Below, piece after piece: positions 48,138 through 56,999 of a stretch of DNA of 64,000 bases. A program made the position numbers and the translations under genes. Below the pieces are notes generated by a model. That model worked only from the letters and a program-made list of their open reading frames with translations. It was not told the DNA's origin and made no database searches. Numbering within the stretch: the stretch's first letter is position 1; the number at the start of each line of letters is the position of its first letter. Origin of the DNA: Patescibacteria group bacterium (GTDB taxonomy: Bacteria > Patescibacteriota > Patescibacteriia > UBA2591 > JAQWAS01); the NCBI GenBank assembly GCA_028707495.1, contig JAQWAS010000006.1:664-64663 (forward strand), read 5' to 3'.

Positions 48138-49163
48138 ATGCAACTTAAAGATTTTGATTATGTTTTACCACCAAAACTAATTGCTCAGCAACCAATTCGG
48201 CCGCGAGATCACTCGCGACTTTTAGTTTTAGATCAAAAGACACATAAAATTAAACATCAATATTTTTATGATTTACCGCAATTTTTAAAAGCAGGCGATG
48301 TATTGGTTTTTAACAATTCCAAAGTGATACCGGCACGTTTATGGGCACAAAAATTAACTGGTGGTAAAGTTGAAGTTTTGCTTTTACATCAAATAAATAA
48401 TAAAACTTGGGAGGTTTTATTGGGTGGAAAAAATTTAAAAGCTGGCATGATTTTAAATTTGAATAAATTTAAACAGCGTCAAATTGAACTTAAGTTAATT
48501 AAAAGTTTAACTCAGGGGCGGTGGCAAGTTGAATTTAATTTAACTTCACAAGCTTTTAAAGTTTTTAGAGCTAAATACGGAATTGCGCCAACGCCACCCT
48601 ATATTAAACGTTTATCAAATTTAAAAGAGTATCAAAATATTTATGCTCAGCCAGAAGGGTCGACAGCTGCGCCAACAGCTGGTTTTCATTTTACTCAACA
48701 ATTAATTGATAAATTAAAAAAACAAGGCGTTCAGTTAGAATTTGTAACCTTGCATGTGGGCTTAGACACATTTCGACCAGTTAAGGTTAATAAAATAGAA
48801 GATCATCAAATGCATTCTGAGCTTGCTGTTTTAAATAAAAAGACAGCTATAAAATTAAACCAAGCCAAAAAGGATGGTCGGCGAATTATAGCTGTGGGTA
48901 CGACCACGGTGCGAGTTTTAGAATCAGCTTGGCAAAAAAATAAATTTCAGAGTTTAGAAAAATTAGTAGATATTTTTATTTATCCAGGCTATCAATTTAA
49001 AAGTTTAGATGGTTTAATTACCAATTTTCATTTGCCAAAATCGAGTTTGTTAATGCTAGTTAGCGCTTGGGTTGGTCGTAAGGTAATTTTACAAACCTAT
49101 CAAACTGCTATTCAGAAAAAATATCGTTTTTTTTCTTTTGGCGATGCAATGTTAATTATTTAA
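48138..49163 (+). CDS. queA: S-adenosylmethionine:tRNA ribosyltransferase-isomerase
   Basis: FDY.LP..LIAQ.P...RD.SRLLV N-terminus and overall QueA pattern, 341 aa. Confidence 0.85.
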   Translation: MQLKDFDYVLPPKLIAQQPIRPRDHSRLLVLDQKTHKIKHQYFYDLPQFLKAGDVLVFNNSKVIPARLWAQKLTGGKVEVLLLHQINNKTWEVLLGGKNLKAGMILNLNKFKQRQIELKLIKSLTQGRWQVEFNLTSQAFKVFRAKYGIAPTPPYIKRLSNLKEYQNIYAQPEGSTAAPTAGFHFTQQLIDKLKKQGVQLEFVTLHVGLDTFRPVKVNKIEDHQMHSELAVLNKKTAIKLNQAKKDGRRIIAVGTTTVRVLESAWQKNKFQSLEKLVDIFIYPGYQFKSLDGLITNFHLPKSSLLMLVSAWVGRKVILQTYQTAIQKKYRFFSFGDAMLII

Positions 49164-49176
49164 TTTAAAAAAGATA

Positions 49177-49204
49177 AAACCCGACTTTTGTGCCGGGTTT
49201 GTTT
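49177..49204. terminator. Bidirectional hairpin terminator (aaacccgac...gccgggttt)
   Basis: Stem followed by T-tracts on both strands, between convergent queA and the lipoprotein gene. Confidence 0.6.
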
Positions 49205-49211
49205 GGAGAGG

Positions 49212-49904
49212 TTATCGAAGACTCTCCTTGTTTCTTTGTTCGAGATAATTTAGCTCATTTGTGCAAGCTAACGGATCAACGTCAGTGATTTGAATCTGTC
49301 GATCCTTAATTTCGCGCCGAATATAATCAATGGCTGGTTGAACATCCCTCCAGTCCCATTCGTCTCTAACGACACGAAGAGAATCTCGGATGTCTTTAAT
49401 GAGCGGATCTGAGTTTTTGCAACTAAGATCCAATAGTTTGTCGAGGTGTTCTTCTGACGTCCCGAGAGATTCAATTGGTACGCCAGCGGAATCAGCATAA
49501 GAAAGTATTTTCCAATACTCCTCAGAAACATCTTCATCGCTACACTTCGTTGTGGCTATTTTTATCCAACGATAGCCTTCGGAAATATAGCCCTTTTTTT
49601 GACACTCAGCGATTTTTTCTTTGGTGATTTCGAGGCTGTCGAGTTCGATCTGCGCCTTGTCGGCTAGAGAATAGAGATTTTCTATTCTTTCACTGACATT
49701 TTCTTCGAGGCACTTATCTTGAATCCATGCCCATTTATTAAGAATTTTTTTTTCATATTCTGTGGGGCTTGGCTTTCCGACTAAATCACAGGCACTTGTT
49801 ATGCCGGCGATAATAATGATTATAAGTGTTATACCTATCAAAGCGGGTGTTACCTTGCGAATTTTCTTTTCCATTTTTCTCCTTTGTTTATTTTCAATAT
49901 ACAA
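49212..49904 (-). CDS. Hypothetical lipoprotein (230 aa), GC-richer than surroundings
   Basis: N-terminal TM/signal with a lipobox-like ITSAC. Driven by promoter P4 and the RBS AAAGGAG. Confidence 0.55.
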   Translation of the reverse strand: MYIENKQRRKMEKKIRKVTPALIGITLIIIIIAGITSACDLVGKPSPTEYEKKILNKWAWIQDKCLEENVSERIENLYSLADKAQIELDSLEITKEKIAECQKKGYISEGYRWIKIATTKCSDEDVSEEYWKILSYADSAGVPIESLGTSEEHLDKLLDLSCKNSDPLIKDIRDSLRVVRDEWDWRDVQPAIDYIRREIKDRQIQITDVDPLACTNELNYLEQRNKESLR

Positions 49905-49930
49905 TCTACACTATTTTTATTTCTATTTAC

Positions 49931-49959
49931 ATCTTAGCATATATTTAATTTCTTGTCAA
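49931..49959 (-). promoter_or_regulatory. Promoter P4 of the six-copy family (TTGACAAGAAATTAAATATATGCTAAGAT, minus strand)
   Basis: Reverse complement of 49931-49959; -35 TTGACA, 17-nt spacer, -10 TAAGAT. About 20-nt leader to the AAAGGAG RBS. Confidence 0.7.
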
Positions 49960-50004
49960 GAGTTGCTTTGTTTAAATATTTAAGCTATAATAATTTGAGA
50001 TTCA

Positions 50005-50079
50005 GGCGCGATAGCCAAGTGGTAAGGCGACGGTCTGCAAAACCGTTATTCACGGGTTCGAATCCCGTTCGCGCCTCCA
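50005..50079 (+). tRNA. tRNA-Cys (GCA), CCA encoded
   Basis: Acceptor GGCGCGA/TCGCGCC, anticodon stem ACGGT/ACCGT with loop CTGCAAA (GCA), T-loop TTCGAAT. Confidence 0.85.
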
Positions 50080-50130
50080 AAATAAAAAAAAACACCCCTT
50101 GGGTTTTTTACTAAATTTTTTGAAATAAAT

Positions 50131-50625
50131 CTAACTTAACTCTATTCTAATTTTTTCTAATTCTAGGCCAAGATCAAGGCCTTGTTTTTTGTATTTAACT
50201 CCAATTTCGCTTATAATTTGATATAAATTTTCTCCACGGGCTACGCGTTGCTGAATTTCGACTTTAATTTTTTCGGTGATTATTTCCTTATATTTATTTT
50301 CTAATTCAGAGCTAGGCCATTCTTCACGATTACTGTTTTTGATTTTTTCTAAAGCCAAAAGAATAATTTGATTTAAATCAATGGGTTCAGAAGAAATTTG
50401 ATTTATATCGATTAAAATATCATTGACTTTTTTGCTCCAATTCAACCAATCAACATCAACGCCCTTATTATTTAAATTATTAATTTCAGAAATAACGTGA
50501 TTAACGGCCTGATCTATTTTATCTTGCAAAATTATATGAGAAGATTCTCTTTCGTGAGCGCAAGTAACCATATTTTTAAATTTAAAATTATATTTTATTT
50601 TATTAAAAATAATCAAAGCTGTCAA
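50131..50625 (-). CDS. Hypothetical protein (164 aa; the real start may be the internal Met at MVTCAHE)
   Basis: ORF only; no recognisable motifs. Confidence 0.4.
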   Translation of the reverse strand: MTALIIFNKIKYNFKFKNMVTCAHERESSHIILQDKIDQAVNHVISEINNLNNKGVDVDWLNWSKKVNDILIDINQISSEPIDLNQIILLALEKIKNSNREEWPSSELENKYKEIITEKIKVEIQQRVARGENLYQIISEIGVKYKKQGLDLGLELEKIRIELS

Positions 50626-50663
50626 CTTTTTTAATTTTATAAAAAGCGTTATAATATAAGATT

Positions 50664-51572
50664 ATGAATCAAAAAGATAAATTTATTATTATTGATGCTA
50701 ATGCGGTTTTACATCGAGCTTGGCACGCCTTACCGCCACTTGAAACAGAGAGTGGTCAGGTTGTGAATGCAGTTTATGGTTTTATTTCAGTTATAATTAA
50801 AATTTTGCGGGAATTTAAGCCAAATTATATGGCGGCGTGTTTTGATATGCCAGGGCCGACTTTTAGACATAAAGAATTTAAAGAATATAAAGCGGGACGA
50901 GAAAAACAACCTGATGAATTTTATGAACAAATTCCAATCACTCAAGGCGTTTTAAAAGATTTTGATATTCAAGTTTTAGGTTTAAGCGGTTATGAAGCTG
51001 ATGATTTGATCGGTTTTTTGTCTCACAAGGTTGATGGCGGTTTAGAAAAAATTATTGTGACTGGCGACATGGATGCTTTGCAATTAGTAGATAAATCAAC
51101 TTGGGTTTATAATTTAAAAAAAGGTATCAGCGAAACTGAAATTTTTGATGAAGCCGCTGTTTTCGAAAGATATGGTTTTAAGCCTGAGCAATTAATTGAT
51201 TATAAAGCTTTACGTGGAGATCCCTCTGACAACATCCCGGGAATTAGAGGAATTGGCAAAAAAACAGCGACACAATTAATTCAGCAATTTAGTTCATTAG
51301 AAGTTTTATATCAACAAGTTGAACAAGGTGAGGTTGAAGGTGTCAGTCAAAGGATTAGGCAAATGCTTTTAGATCAAAAGGATCAAGCTTTTTTAAGTAA
51401 AAAATTAGCCACCATTGTTTTGGATGTTCCTTTGGATTTTAATTTAGAAAATTTTAAAACTAAAAAATTAGATGTAGATAAAATTAGTGTTAAATTTAGT
51501 CAATTGGGATTTAAATCTTTGTTAAAAAGACTAGATGATGTCGTTGGTATTAAGCAGGAAAAATTGATTTAA
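50664..51572 (+). CDS. Stand-alone 5'-3' exonuclease (Pol I N-terminal / FEN-like domain)
   Basis: IIIDANAVLHRAWHA..., the acidic metal-binding clusters, and a helix-hairpin-helix (GIRGIGKKTA), 302 aa. Confidence 0.85.
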   Translation: MNQKDKFIIIDANAVLHRAWHALPPLETESGQVVNAVYGFISVIIKILREFKPNYMAACFDMPGPTFRHKEFKEYKAGREKQPDEFYEQIPITQGVLKDFDIQVLGLSGYEADDLIGFLSHKVDGGLEKIIVTGDMDALQLVDKSTWVYNLKKGISETEIFDEAAVFERYGFKPEQLIDYKALRGDPSDNIPGIRGIGKKTATQLIQQFSSLEVLYQQVEQGEVEGVSQRIRQMLLDQKDQAFLSKKLATIVLDVPLDFNLENFKTKKLDVDKISVKFSQLGFKSLLKRLDDVVGIKQEKLI

Positions 51573-51584
51573 ATTTTTTTAATT

Positions 51585-52556
51585 ATGATTATTTATCTGT
51601 ACGGTCAAGATGATTTTCGAATTCATCAAGACTTACAAACAATCAAAAATAAATTTTTAAAACAAGTTGATCAATCGGGTTTAAATTTTAGTTATTTAGA
51701 TGGCAGTGATTTAAAAATTGATCAATTTCGCCAAGCGGTTTTAGTTTCAGGTTTTTTAGCTAAGAAAAGAATGGTGGTAATTAAAAATTTATTAACCACA
51801 GGTCGGGATGAAAATTTAATAACTGAAATTTTAACTAATTTTAAAAAATTAGAACAGCAGGAAGATGTGGTGATAATTTTTATTCAGACCGATGAATTGA
51901 AAAATATTCGTACTCAGGTTAAAAAAGATCTTTTAAATAAATTGGTAAAAAGTCAGTACGCCAAAGAATTTAAATTATTAAAAAATAAAGATTTAATAAA
52001 TTGGATAAAAAAAGAAGTTAGCCAACTCAAAGCCAAAATTGAACCGACTGCCATTGAATTGTTAATTAATTATTTAGGCAATGATTTGTGGAAAATTAAT
52101 AACGAGATTCACAAATTAGTAGCTTATAAAAGTGGTCAAATTATACAATCAGTAGATGTGGAATTGATGGTTAAAGCTGATTTAGATGAAAATATTTTTA
52201 ATTTAACCGATGCCATTGCTAACCAAAACAAGAAGCAATCTTTAAAATTAATTCAACAGCAATTAACGGATAGTGGTGCTTGGTTACGAATTTTAAATAT
52301 GATCAGTTATCAGTTTCGTAATTTAATTATTTTAAAAAGTTATTTAAATGAACATGGCTATAGCAATCAATATGGTTTAGCTAAAGGATTAGGTTTGCAT
52401 CCGTTTATAATTCAAAAAAGTTTAAATCAAGTTGATAAATATTCTTTGCCACAATTAAAAAAAATCTATCATCAGCTTTTAGAGATAGATTTACAAATGA
52501 AAACTAAGAGTTTGAATCCAGAGGTTTTATTAGATAAATTGGTAGTCGAGAATTAG
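51585..52556 (+). CDS. holA: DNA polymerase III delta subunit-like
   Basis: N-terminal MIIYLYGQDDFRI plus size and clamp-loader-like helical C-terminus. Confidence 0.55.
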   Translation: MIIYLYGQDDFRIHQDLQTIKNKFLKQVDQSGLNFSYLDGSDLKIDQFRQAVLVSGFLAKKRMVVIKNLLTTGRDENLITEILTNFKKLEQQEDVVIIFIQTDELKNIRTQVKKDLLNKLVKSQYAKEFKLLKNKDLINWIKKEVSQLKAKIEPTAIELLINYLGNDLWKINNEIHKLVAYKSGQIIQSVDVELMVKADLDENIFNLTDAIANQNKKQSLKLIQQQLTDSGAWLRILNMISYQFRNLIILKSYLNEHGYSNQYGLAKGLGLHPFIIQKSLNQVDKYSLPQLKKIYHQLLEIDLQMKTKSLNPEVLLDKLVVEN

Positions 52557-52613
52557 TTTTTATTCAAACAAAAAAGCAATTCAATCAAGAATTACTTTTT
52601 TTATTTATCAAAA

Positions 52614-52886
52614 TTATTTTTTCTTGTCAGTTTTATTAGCTTTTTTCATTAAGCCTGATTTTTTGCGAGCGGCCGTGTTTTTTTTAAAAACATTATTTTT
52701 GGCAGCTTTATCAATAGCCTTTTGGGTTTTTTGCATCCATTCATTAATTTTGGATTTATCACTCTGATCAATAGCTTTTAATGTTTGTTTAACTAAATAT
52801 TTGATATTAGCTTTAATATCTTTATTGTGTTGTGTTCTTTTAATCTCTTGACGAAGAGACTTTTTAGCTGATTTTGATTGTGGCAT
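52614..52886 (-). CDS. rpsT: Ribosomal protein S20
   Basis: MPQSKSAKKSLRQEIKRTQHNKDIKANIKYLVK matches the S20 consensus. Confidence 0.8.
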   Translation of the reverse strand: MPQSKSAKKSLRQEIKRTQHNKDIKANIKYLVKQTLKAIDQSDKSKINEWMQKTQKAIDKAAKNNVFKKNTAARKKSGLMKKANKTDKKK

Positions 52887-52919
52887 ACTATATTAAATAA
52901 AAATTAAAAATTAAAAATG

Positions 52920-53234
52920 TTAAGCCAGGTCGTCATAAATATCCTCTTCGTAGTTATCTTCTTCTTCGGCTGGCATTTCATCTAGAAGTTGAGCTTCTTG
53001 TTTAATAATTTCATCCCAGGTTTTATCACTTTGACCGGTCAAGGCTTCAAATTTGGCTTTAAAATTATCATTAAAATCTTTAATTAATTCAGGTTCTTGC
53101 TCAAAGATTTCATTTAATTTTTCTAGCACACCTTCTGGTAAAATAGGTAAAAAAACAAGAAGGTCATTTTGATCTTCTGGCGAAACCTGCGATGTACTTA
53201 AGGTCTGTTCTATTTTTTTTAATGCTTCAGACAT
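52920..53234 (-). CDS. Hypothetical acidic 104 aa protein
   Basis: ORF with very acidic C-terminus; likely co-transcribed with 53254..53445 from promoter P6. Confidence 0.4.
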   Translation of the reverse strand: MSEALKKIEQTLSTSQVSPEDQNDLLVFLPILPEGVLEKLNEIFEQEPELIKDFNDNFKAKFEALTGQSDKTWDEIIKQEAQLLDEMPAEEEDNYEEDIYDDLA

Positions 53235-53253
53235 CCTCCTAAATCAATAATAA

Positions 53254-53445
53254 TTAAGCAGCTTGTCGATATTTACGTTCGATAAGGTTGGGGTTTCTTT
53301 TCTCGTTATCACATTCATTTGTTATAAAAGCAGCAGCTATAGCCAAGTTTTCAGATTCTTCTCTAATAAAAGCTAAATTAGGCTCATGTTCATGAGTTTC
53401 TTTGTTGGCAATTTCTTCAATTTGTGGATTATATGTTTCTGACAT
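53254..53445 (-). CDS. Hypothetical 63 aa protein
   Basis: ORF immediately downstream of promoter P6. Confidence 0.35.
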   Translation of the reverse strand: MSETYNPQIEEIANKETHEHEPNLAFIREESENLAIAAAFITNECDNEKRNPNLIERKYRQAA

Positions 53446-53551
53446 ATTTTTTGTTATCCCCAGTTAAACGACCTTTAAGTATATTATAATACATTAAAGA
53501 TTTTTTGTGAAGGGATTTAATTAAACAAGGTGTTAATTAAATTGATACACC

Positions 53552-53580
53552 ATCTTACACCCGATCTAAATTCTTGTCAA
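53552..53580 (-). promoter_or_regulatory. Promoter P6 of the family (TTGACAAGAATTTAGATCGGGTGTAAGAT, minus strand)
   Basis: Reverse complement of 53552-53580; -35 TTGACA, 17-nt spacer, -10 TAAGAT. The spacer is less conserved than in P1-P5. Confidence 0.55.
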
Positions 53581-53608
53581 GGGGTAAGCGGGGGATAATG
53601 TTAAAAGA

Positions 53609-53835
53609 TGTCATTCTAAATCCGCCTGGAGTGGATGAAAGAAATTGTCATGCTGAACTTTAGTCAGCCAAATCGGAGGATGTTTCAGCATCCGTTAGTA
53701 TGGGAAGTGTCATGCTGAACTTGTTTCAGCATCTGTTAACGCTTAAAATATTGATTCTTAAAAAACGTTTTTTTTCGACCACAGATCCCTGAACTGAATT
53801 CAGGGCAGGCTCTGAAATAAATTCAGGATGACAAT
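53609..53835. repeat. Copy E of the dispersed hairpin-repeat family (two gtcatgctgaac...ttcagcatc hairpins; ccctgaactgaattcaggg; ctgaaataaattcaggatgacaa)
   Basis: Contains the same 30-mer as copy C and the same 23-mer ctgaaataaattcaggatgacaa. Confidence 0.7.
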
Positions 53836-53951
53836 TCAAGCGTTTCTATAATGTTCGACCCAGATTTAACTAGATAAAAATAAATATTGATTATAATATT
53901 GAAATTAATTTATAGCTTTAATCAAAATATAATTTATGCTATAATAAACCC

Positions 53952-54512
53952 ATGTTGAGTTTTATCAAGGGTAAAATTAAATTTAAAGATGAGCGGAGTG
54001 TAATTATTCAAACCGGAGATTTAGGTTTTGAAGTTTATTTAACAGAGCCAATTTTAAAGGAATTAATTTTAAATCAAGAAGTGGAATTATTTACTTATTT
54101 GCATACACGAGAAAATATCATGGAATTATATGGATTTATAAATAGGCTAGAAATGAATTTTTTTGAAAAATTAATCGAAGTGCCAGGCATTGGACCCAAA
54201 TCAGCTTTAAGCGTTTTATCATTAGCCAGTCCAGATGAATTAATTGAAGCTATCAATCAAGATAATGTTGAAATTTTAACCAAAGTTTCTGGTATTGGCA
54301 AAAAAACAGCGCAACGAATTGTGGTGGAATTAAAAACCAAATTAAATTCTAAATCTAAAATTTTAGATCAAACCGATAGCCAAACATTTGATGCCCTGCA
54401 AAAACTAGGTTATTCCGTGCAAGATATTCGTCAGGCGATCAAAGAAATGCCGACAGATGTTGAGGGTTTGGAAAATAAAGTTAAAGCAGCTTTGAAGATT
54501 TTGGGAAAATAA
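53952..54512 (+). CDS. ruvA: Holliday junction branch-migration protein RuvA
   Basis: OB-fold N-terminus and tandem HhH (IEVPGIGPKSA, VSGIGKKTAQRIV), 186 aa. Confidence 0.85.
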   Translation: MLSFIKGKIKFKDERSVIIQTGDLGFEVYLTEPILKELILNQEVELFTYLHTRENIMELYGFINRLEMNFFEKLIEVPGIGPKSALSVLSLASPDELIEAINQDNVEILTKVSGIGKKTAQRIVVELKTKLNSKSKILDQTDSQTFDALQKLGYSVQDIRQAIKEMPTDVEGLENKVKAALKILGK

Positions 54513-54581
54513 AGATTAAAGCATAAACCCGAAATTACAAATTCTAAATAAATTAAAAATTTAAAATTACAGATTCAAAAC

Positions 54582-55568
54582 ATGCAGGTTGTAGAAATTA
54601 AAAATCAACAAAAGTGGAATGAGTGGGTTGTCCGTGAGAGCGGACAATTTTTACAATCTTGGCAATGGGGAGAATTGCAACAAAAATTGGGTCGTCGGAT
54701 TTGGCGTTTGGGCGTGCAAGCGGGAGATAAAATTTTAGGCGGGACTTTAATTATCAAACACGATTTGCCCTTTAACAAAAGTTATTTATATTCACCGCGT
54801 GGTCCAATTTTAAATCAAAAACAAGATTTGAAAATAAAAGAAATTTTAATAAATAAAATAAAAGAAATAGCTCAACAAGAAAAAGCCATATTTTATAAAT
54901 GCGAACCTAGCGACCAAAATTTAATTGATCAAAATTTTAAAAAAGTTAAATCAGTCCAACCGGCCAATACTTTGATTTTAGATTTAAAATTAAGCTTGGA
55001 AGAATTATTAAAAAATATGCATCCCAAAACGCGTTACAATATTAAATTAGCTCAACGTAAGGGGGTTAAAATTGAAGAAGGTCGGGATATAAGTTTATTT
55101 TTAAATTTAATACATCAAACAGCCAAGCGTGATGAATTTAATCCGCATGCAGATGAATATTATCGGAAAATATTTCAAGAATTTAAATATAATCAGGGAT
55201 CGGGTTTCAAATTATTTATCGCTAAATTTCAAGATCGGGTTATCGCCACCAATTTGATTATGTTTTTTGGCCAGACAGTTACTTATGTACATGGTGCGAG
55301 TAGCAATCAAGATAGAAACGTAATGGCACCATATTTATTACAATGGCAAGTGATTAAACAAGCGCAAGAGCAAGGGTTTAAATATTATGATTTTTGGGGC
55401 ATTAATCCGAGTGATGTCGGTTTGGGCTATTTGAAATCTTGGCAGGGGATTACGCGTTTTAAAACCAGTTTTAGTGGACAAGAAATAAATTATCCTGGCA
55501 CATTTGATTTGGTTTTAAAACCAGCTTGGTATCGGTTATATAATTTAATAAAAAAAATTAAAAATTAA
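54582..55568 (+). CDS. FemAB-family peptidoglycan interpeptide aminoacyltransferase-like protein
   Basis: 328 aa FemAB/FemX-like sequence (Q.W.W.E......R....V..G) with GNAT-like halves. Confidence 0.7.
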   Translation: MQVVEIKNQQKWNEWVVRESGQFLQSWQWGELQQKLGRRIWRLGVQAGDKILGGTLIIKHDLPFNKSYLYSPRGPILNQKQDLKIKEILINKIKEIAQQEKAIFYKCEPSDQNLIDQNFKKVKSVQPANTLILDLKLSLEELLKNMHPKTRYNIKLAQRKGVKIEEGRDISLFLNLIHQTAKRDEFNPHADEYYRKIFQEFKYNQGSGFKLFIAKFQDRVIATNLIMFFGQTVTYVHGASSNQDRNVMAPYLLQWQVIKQAQEQGFKYYDFWGINPSDVGLGYLKSWQGITRFKTSFSGQEINYPGTFDLVLKPAWYRLYNLIKKIKN

Positions 55569-55572
55569 TCTA

Positions 55573-55647
55573 GCCTCCATAGTTTAATGGATAGAACAAA
55601 GGATTCCGGATCCTTAGATCCAAGTTCGATTCTTGGTGGGGGTACCA
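55573..55647 (+). tRNA. tRNA-Arg (CCG), CCA encoded; the acceptor stem has two G-U pairs
   Basis: Anticodon stem AAGGA/TCCTT with loop TTCCGGA (CCG), D-stem GTTT/GAAC, T-loop TTCGATT; acceptor GCCTCCA/TGGGGGT. Confidence 0.7.
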
Positions 55648-55726
55648 GAGATAACAGATAACAAGTAACAGCTAACACCTAATTTTAATTAGGTTCTCAC
55701 CCAGAGGGTGATCAGTCTTTGGCTGA

Positions 55727-55750
55727 GATTCTTGGTGGGGGCATCAGAGA
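55727..55750. repeat. Imperfect direct repeat of the tRNA-Arg 3' end (gattcttggtgggggcatcagaga), about 100 bp downstream of the tRNA
   Basis: Compare 55628-55651 gattcttggtgggggtaccagaga. Confidence 0.6.
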
Positions 55751-55938
55751 CAATTTACAATCTACAACTCGCAACAGATGATAGACATAAAGTCCATTTT
55801 GGTGGATTTTTTTATTTTATTTTTTTAAATGTTTATTTATCCCGTTGACTTGTCGATTCGGCGGATAGGACAAACAAGAGTGAGTTTCTAGAAAATAAAA
55901 AGATTCAGTCATTAATAATGAGGCGGATTTTAAAAACC

Positions 55939-55967
55939 TTGACAAGAAATTTAATATATGCTAAGAT
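55939..55967 (+). promoter_or_regulatory. Promoter P2 of the family (TTGACAAGAAATTTAATATATGCTAAGAT)
   Basis: -35 TTGACA, 17-nt spacer, -10 TAAGAT with TGc extended -10. Confidence 0.7.
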
Positions 55968-56037
55968 ATTAACAGAACTTTGATATTAAAAAATAAAACA
56001 ACGGCAACAATAAAAACAAAAAAAACAGGAGGAAAAA

Positions 56038-56859
56038 ATGAAGACATTCATTCTTTGGATGTTGGTCGTGTTTTCGGTATCGGTCACTGTATTTGGTTAC
56101 GATGTAATTGACCGCGATTTGGGACTCGGCGATCCAGGTCTTAAATCTGCAGTGCCAGAATCGGCAGTTTCGGACACTGAATCCACTACTCAGCCAATCA
56201 CCTCTTTCAGTGCATTGGTCAGTAAAGAAATGACCGATAGCGAAGAAACGGAAGAGGATATAGAAGACACGATGTTTTTCGTGGAAGAAGAAGAAACATT
56301 AAGCGATGGAAGTGTCCTCAATGCCCAAAACTTTTTAGGTATTGATTTCGGCACCGGCGCCTCATTTGCTCCATCGAAAGATTCGCCAGAATATGAAGAA
56401 TGGTCTAAGACAGTGAACGAAAATTTCATTTTTTCTGTCGAGGTTTCTAATTTTTCCTTTTCTGACATTGAGGCCAGAATCACAGATCCAATGGATTTTG
56501 TTCCATTGGCCGGCGGAAGGGATGTTATTATTTTCCGATTAAGTTGGGAAAATTTAAATCTTGATAGTATCGCCGGATTGGGATTGAATGAAACAAAAAA
56601 TTATCGCTGTCAAATGGCGGTAGTTGATCAGAGGGGCGCCAAAAACGGTTTAAAAATCGTCGAAGTGCCTGTCTGGCAAGCTTTTCGTTCGCCGGCGCCA
56701 GACGATTTACCGTTCGAAAAAACTGAAGGGGGATTTGAAGGAGTAACATTTTATGATGTTTACTTCCGAGCCCCAAAGGGAGTTCATGCTATTTGGGTTC
56801 GTTTTTTAATAAACGGAACCAACATGACTGAATCGCTTTGTGATGTTCCCGTGGCGTAA
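56038..56859 (+). CDS. Hypothetical secreted protein (273 aa, signal peptide), GC-richer than surroundings
   Basis: RBS AGGAGGAAAAA + ATG; N-terminal signal peptide; an acidic Ser/Thr/Glu-rich region then a probable beta-rich domain. Confidence 0.55.
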   Translation: MKTFILWMLVVFSVSVTVFGYDVIDRDLGLGDPGLKSAVPESAVSDTESTTQPITSFSALVSKEMTDSEETEEDIEDTMFFVEEEETLSDGSVLNAQNFLGIDFGTGASFAPSKDSPEYEEWSKTVNENFIFSVEVSNFSFSDIEARITDPMDFVPLAGGRDVIIFRLSWENLNLDSIAGLGLNETKNYRCQMAVVDQRGAKNGLKIVEVPVWQAFRSPAPDDLPFEKTEGGFEGVTFYDVYFRAPKGVHAIWVRFLINGTNMTESLCDVPVA

Positions 56860-56870
56860 CACCGCCATTC

Positions 56871-56900
56871 AAGGGGGCGAATTTTCGCCCCCTTTTTTAT
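56871..56900 (+). terminator. Rho-independent terminator (aagggggcgaattttcgccccc followed by TTTTTTATTTT)
   Basis: 7-bp GC stem followed by a T-tract. Confidence 0.8.
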
Positions 56901-56910
56901 TTTAATAATA

Positions 56911-56939
56911 TTGACAAACAATTTTATTTATGCTAGGCT
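56911..56939 (+). promoter_or_regulatory. Promoter P3 of the family (TTGACAAACAATTTTATTTATGCTAGGCT)
   Basis: -35 TTGACA, 17-nt spacer with the conserved TTTATGCTAGG core, and a weaker -10. Confidence 0.6.
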
Positions 56940-56999
56940 ATAAATAGTTCGTTCTTTAAAATGTTTATAAAAAATGAAAAATAAAACCAAGGAGGAAAA

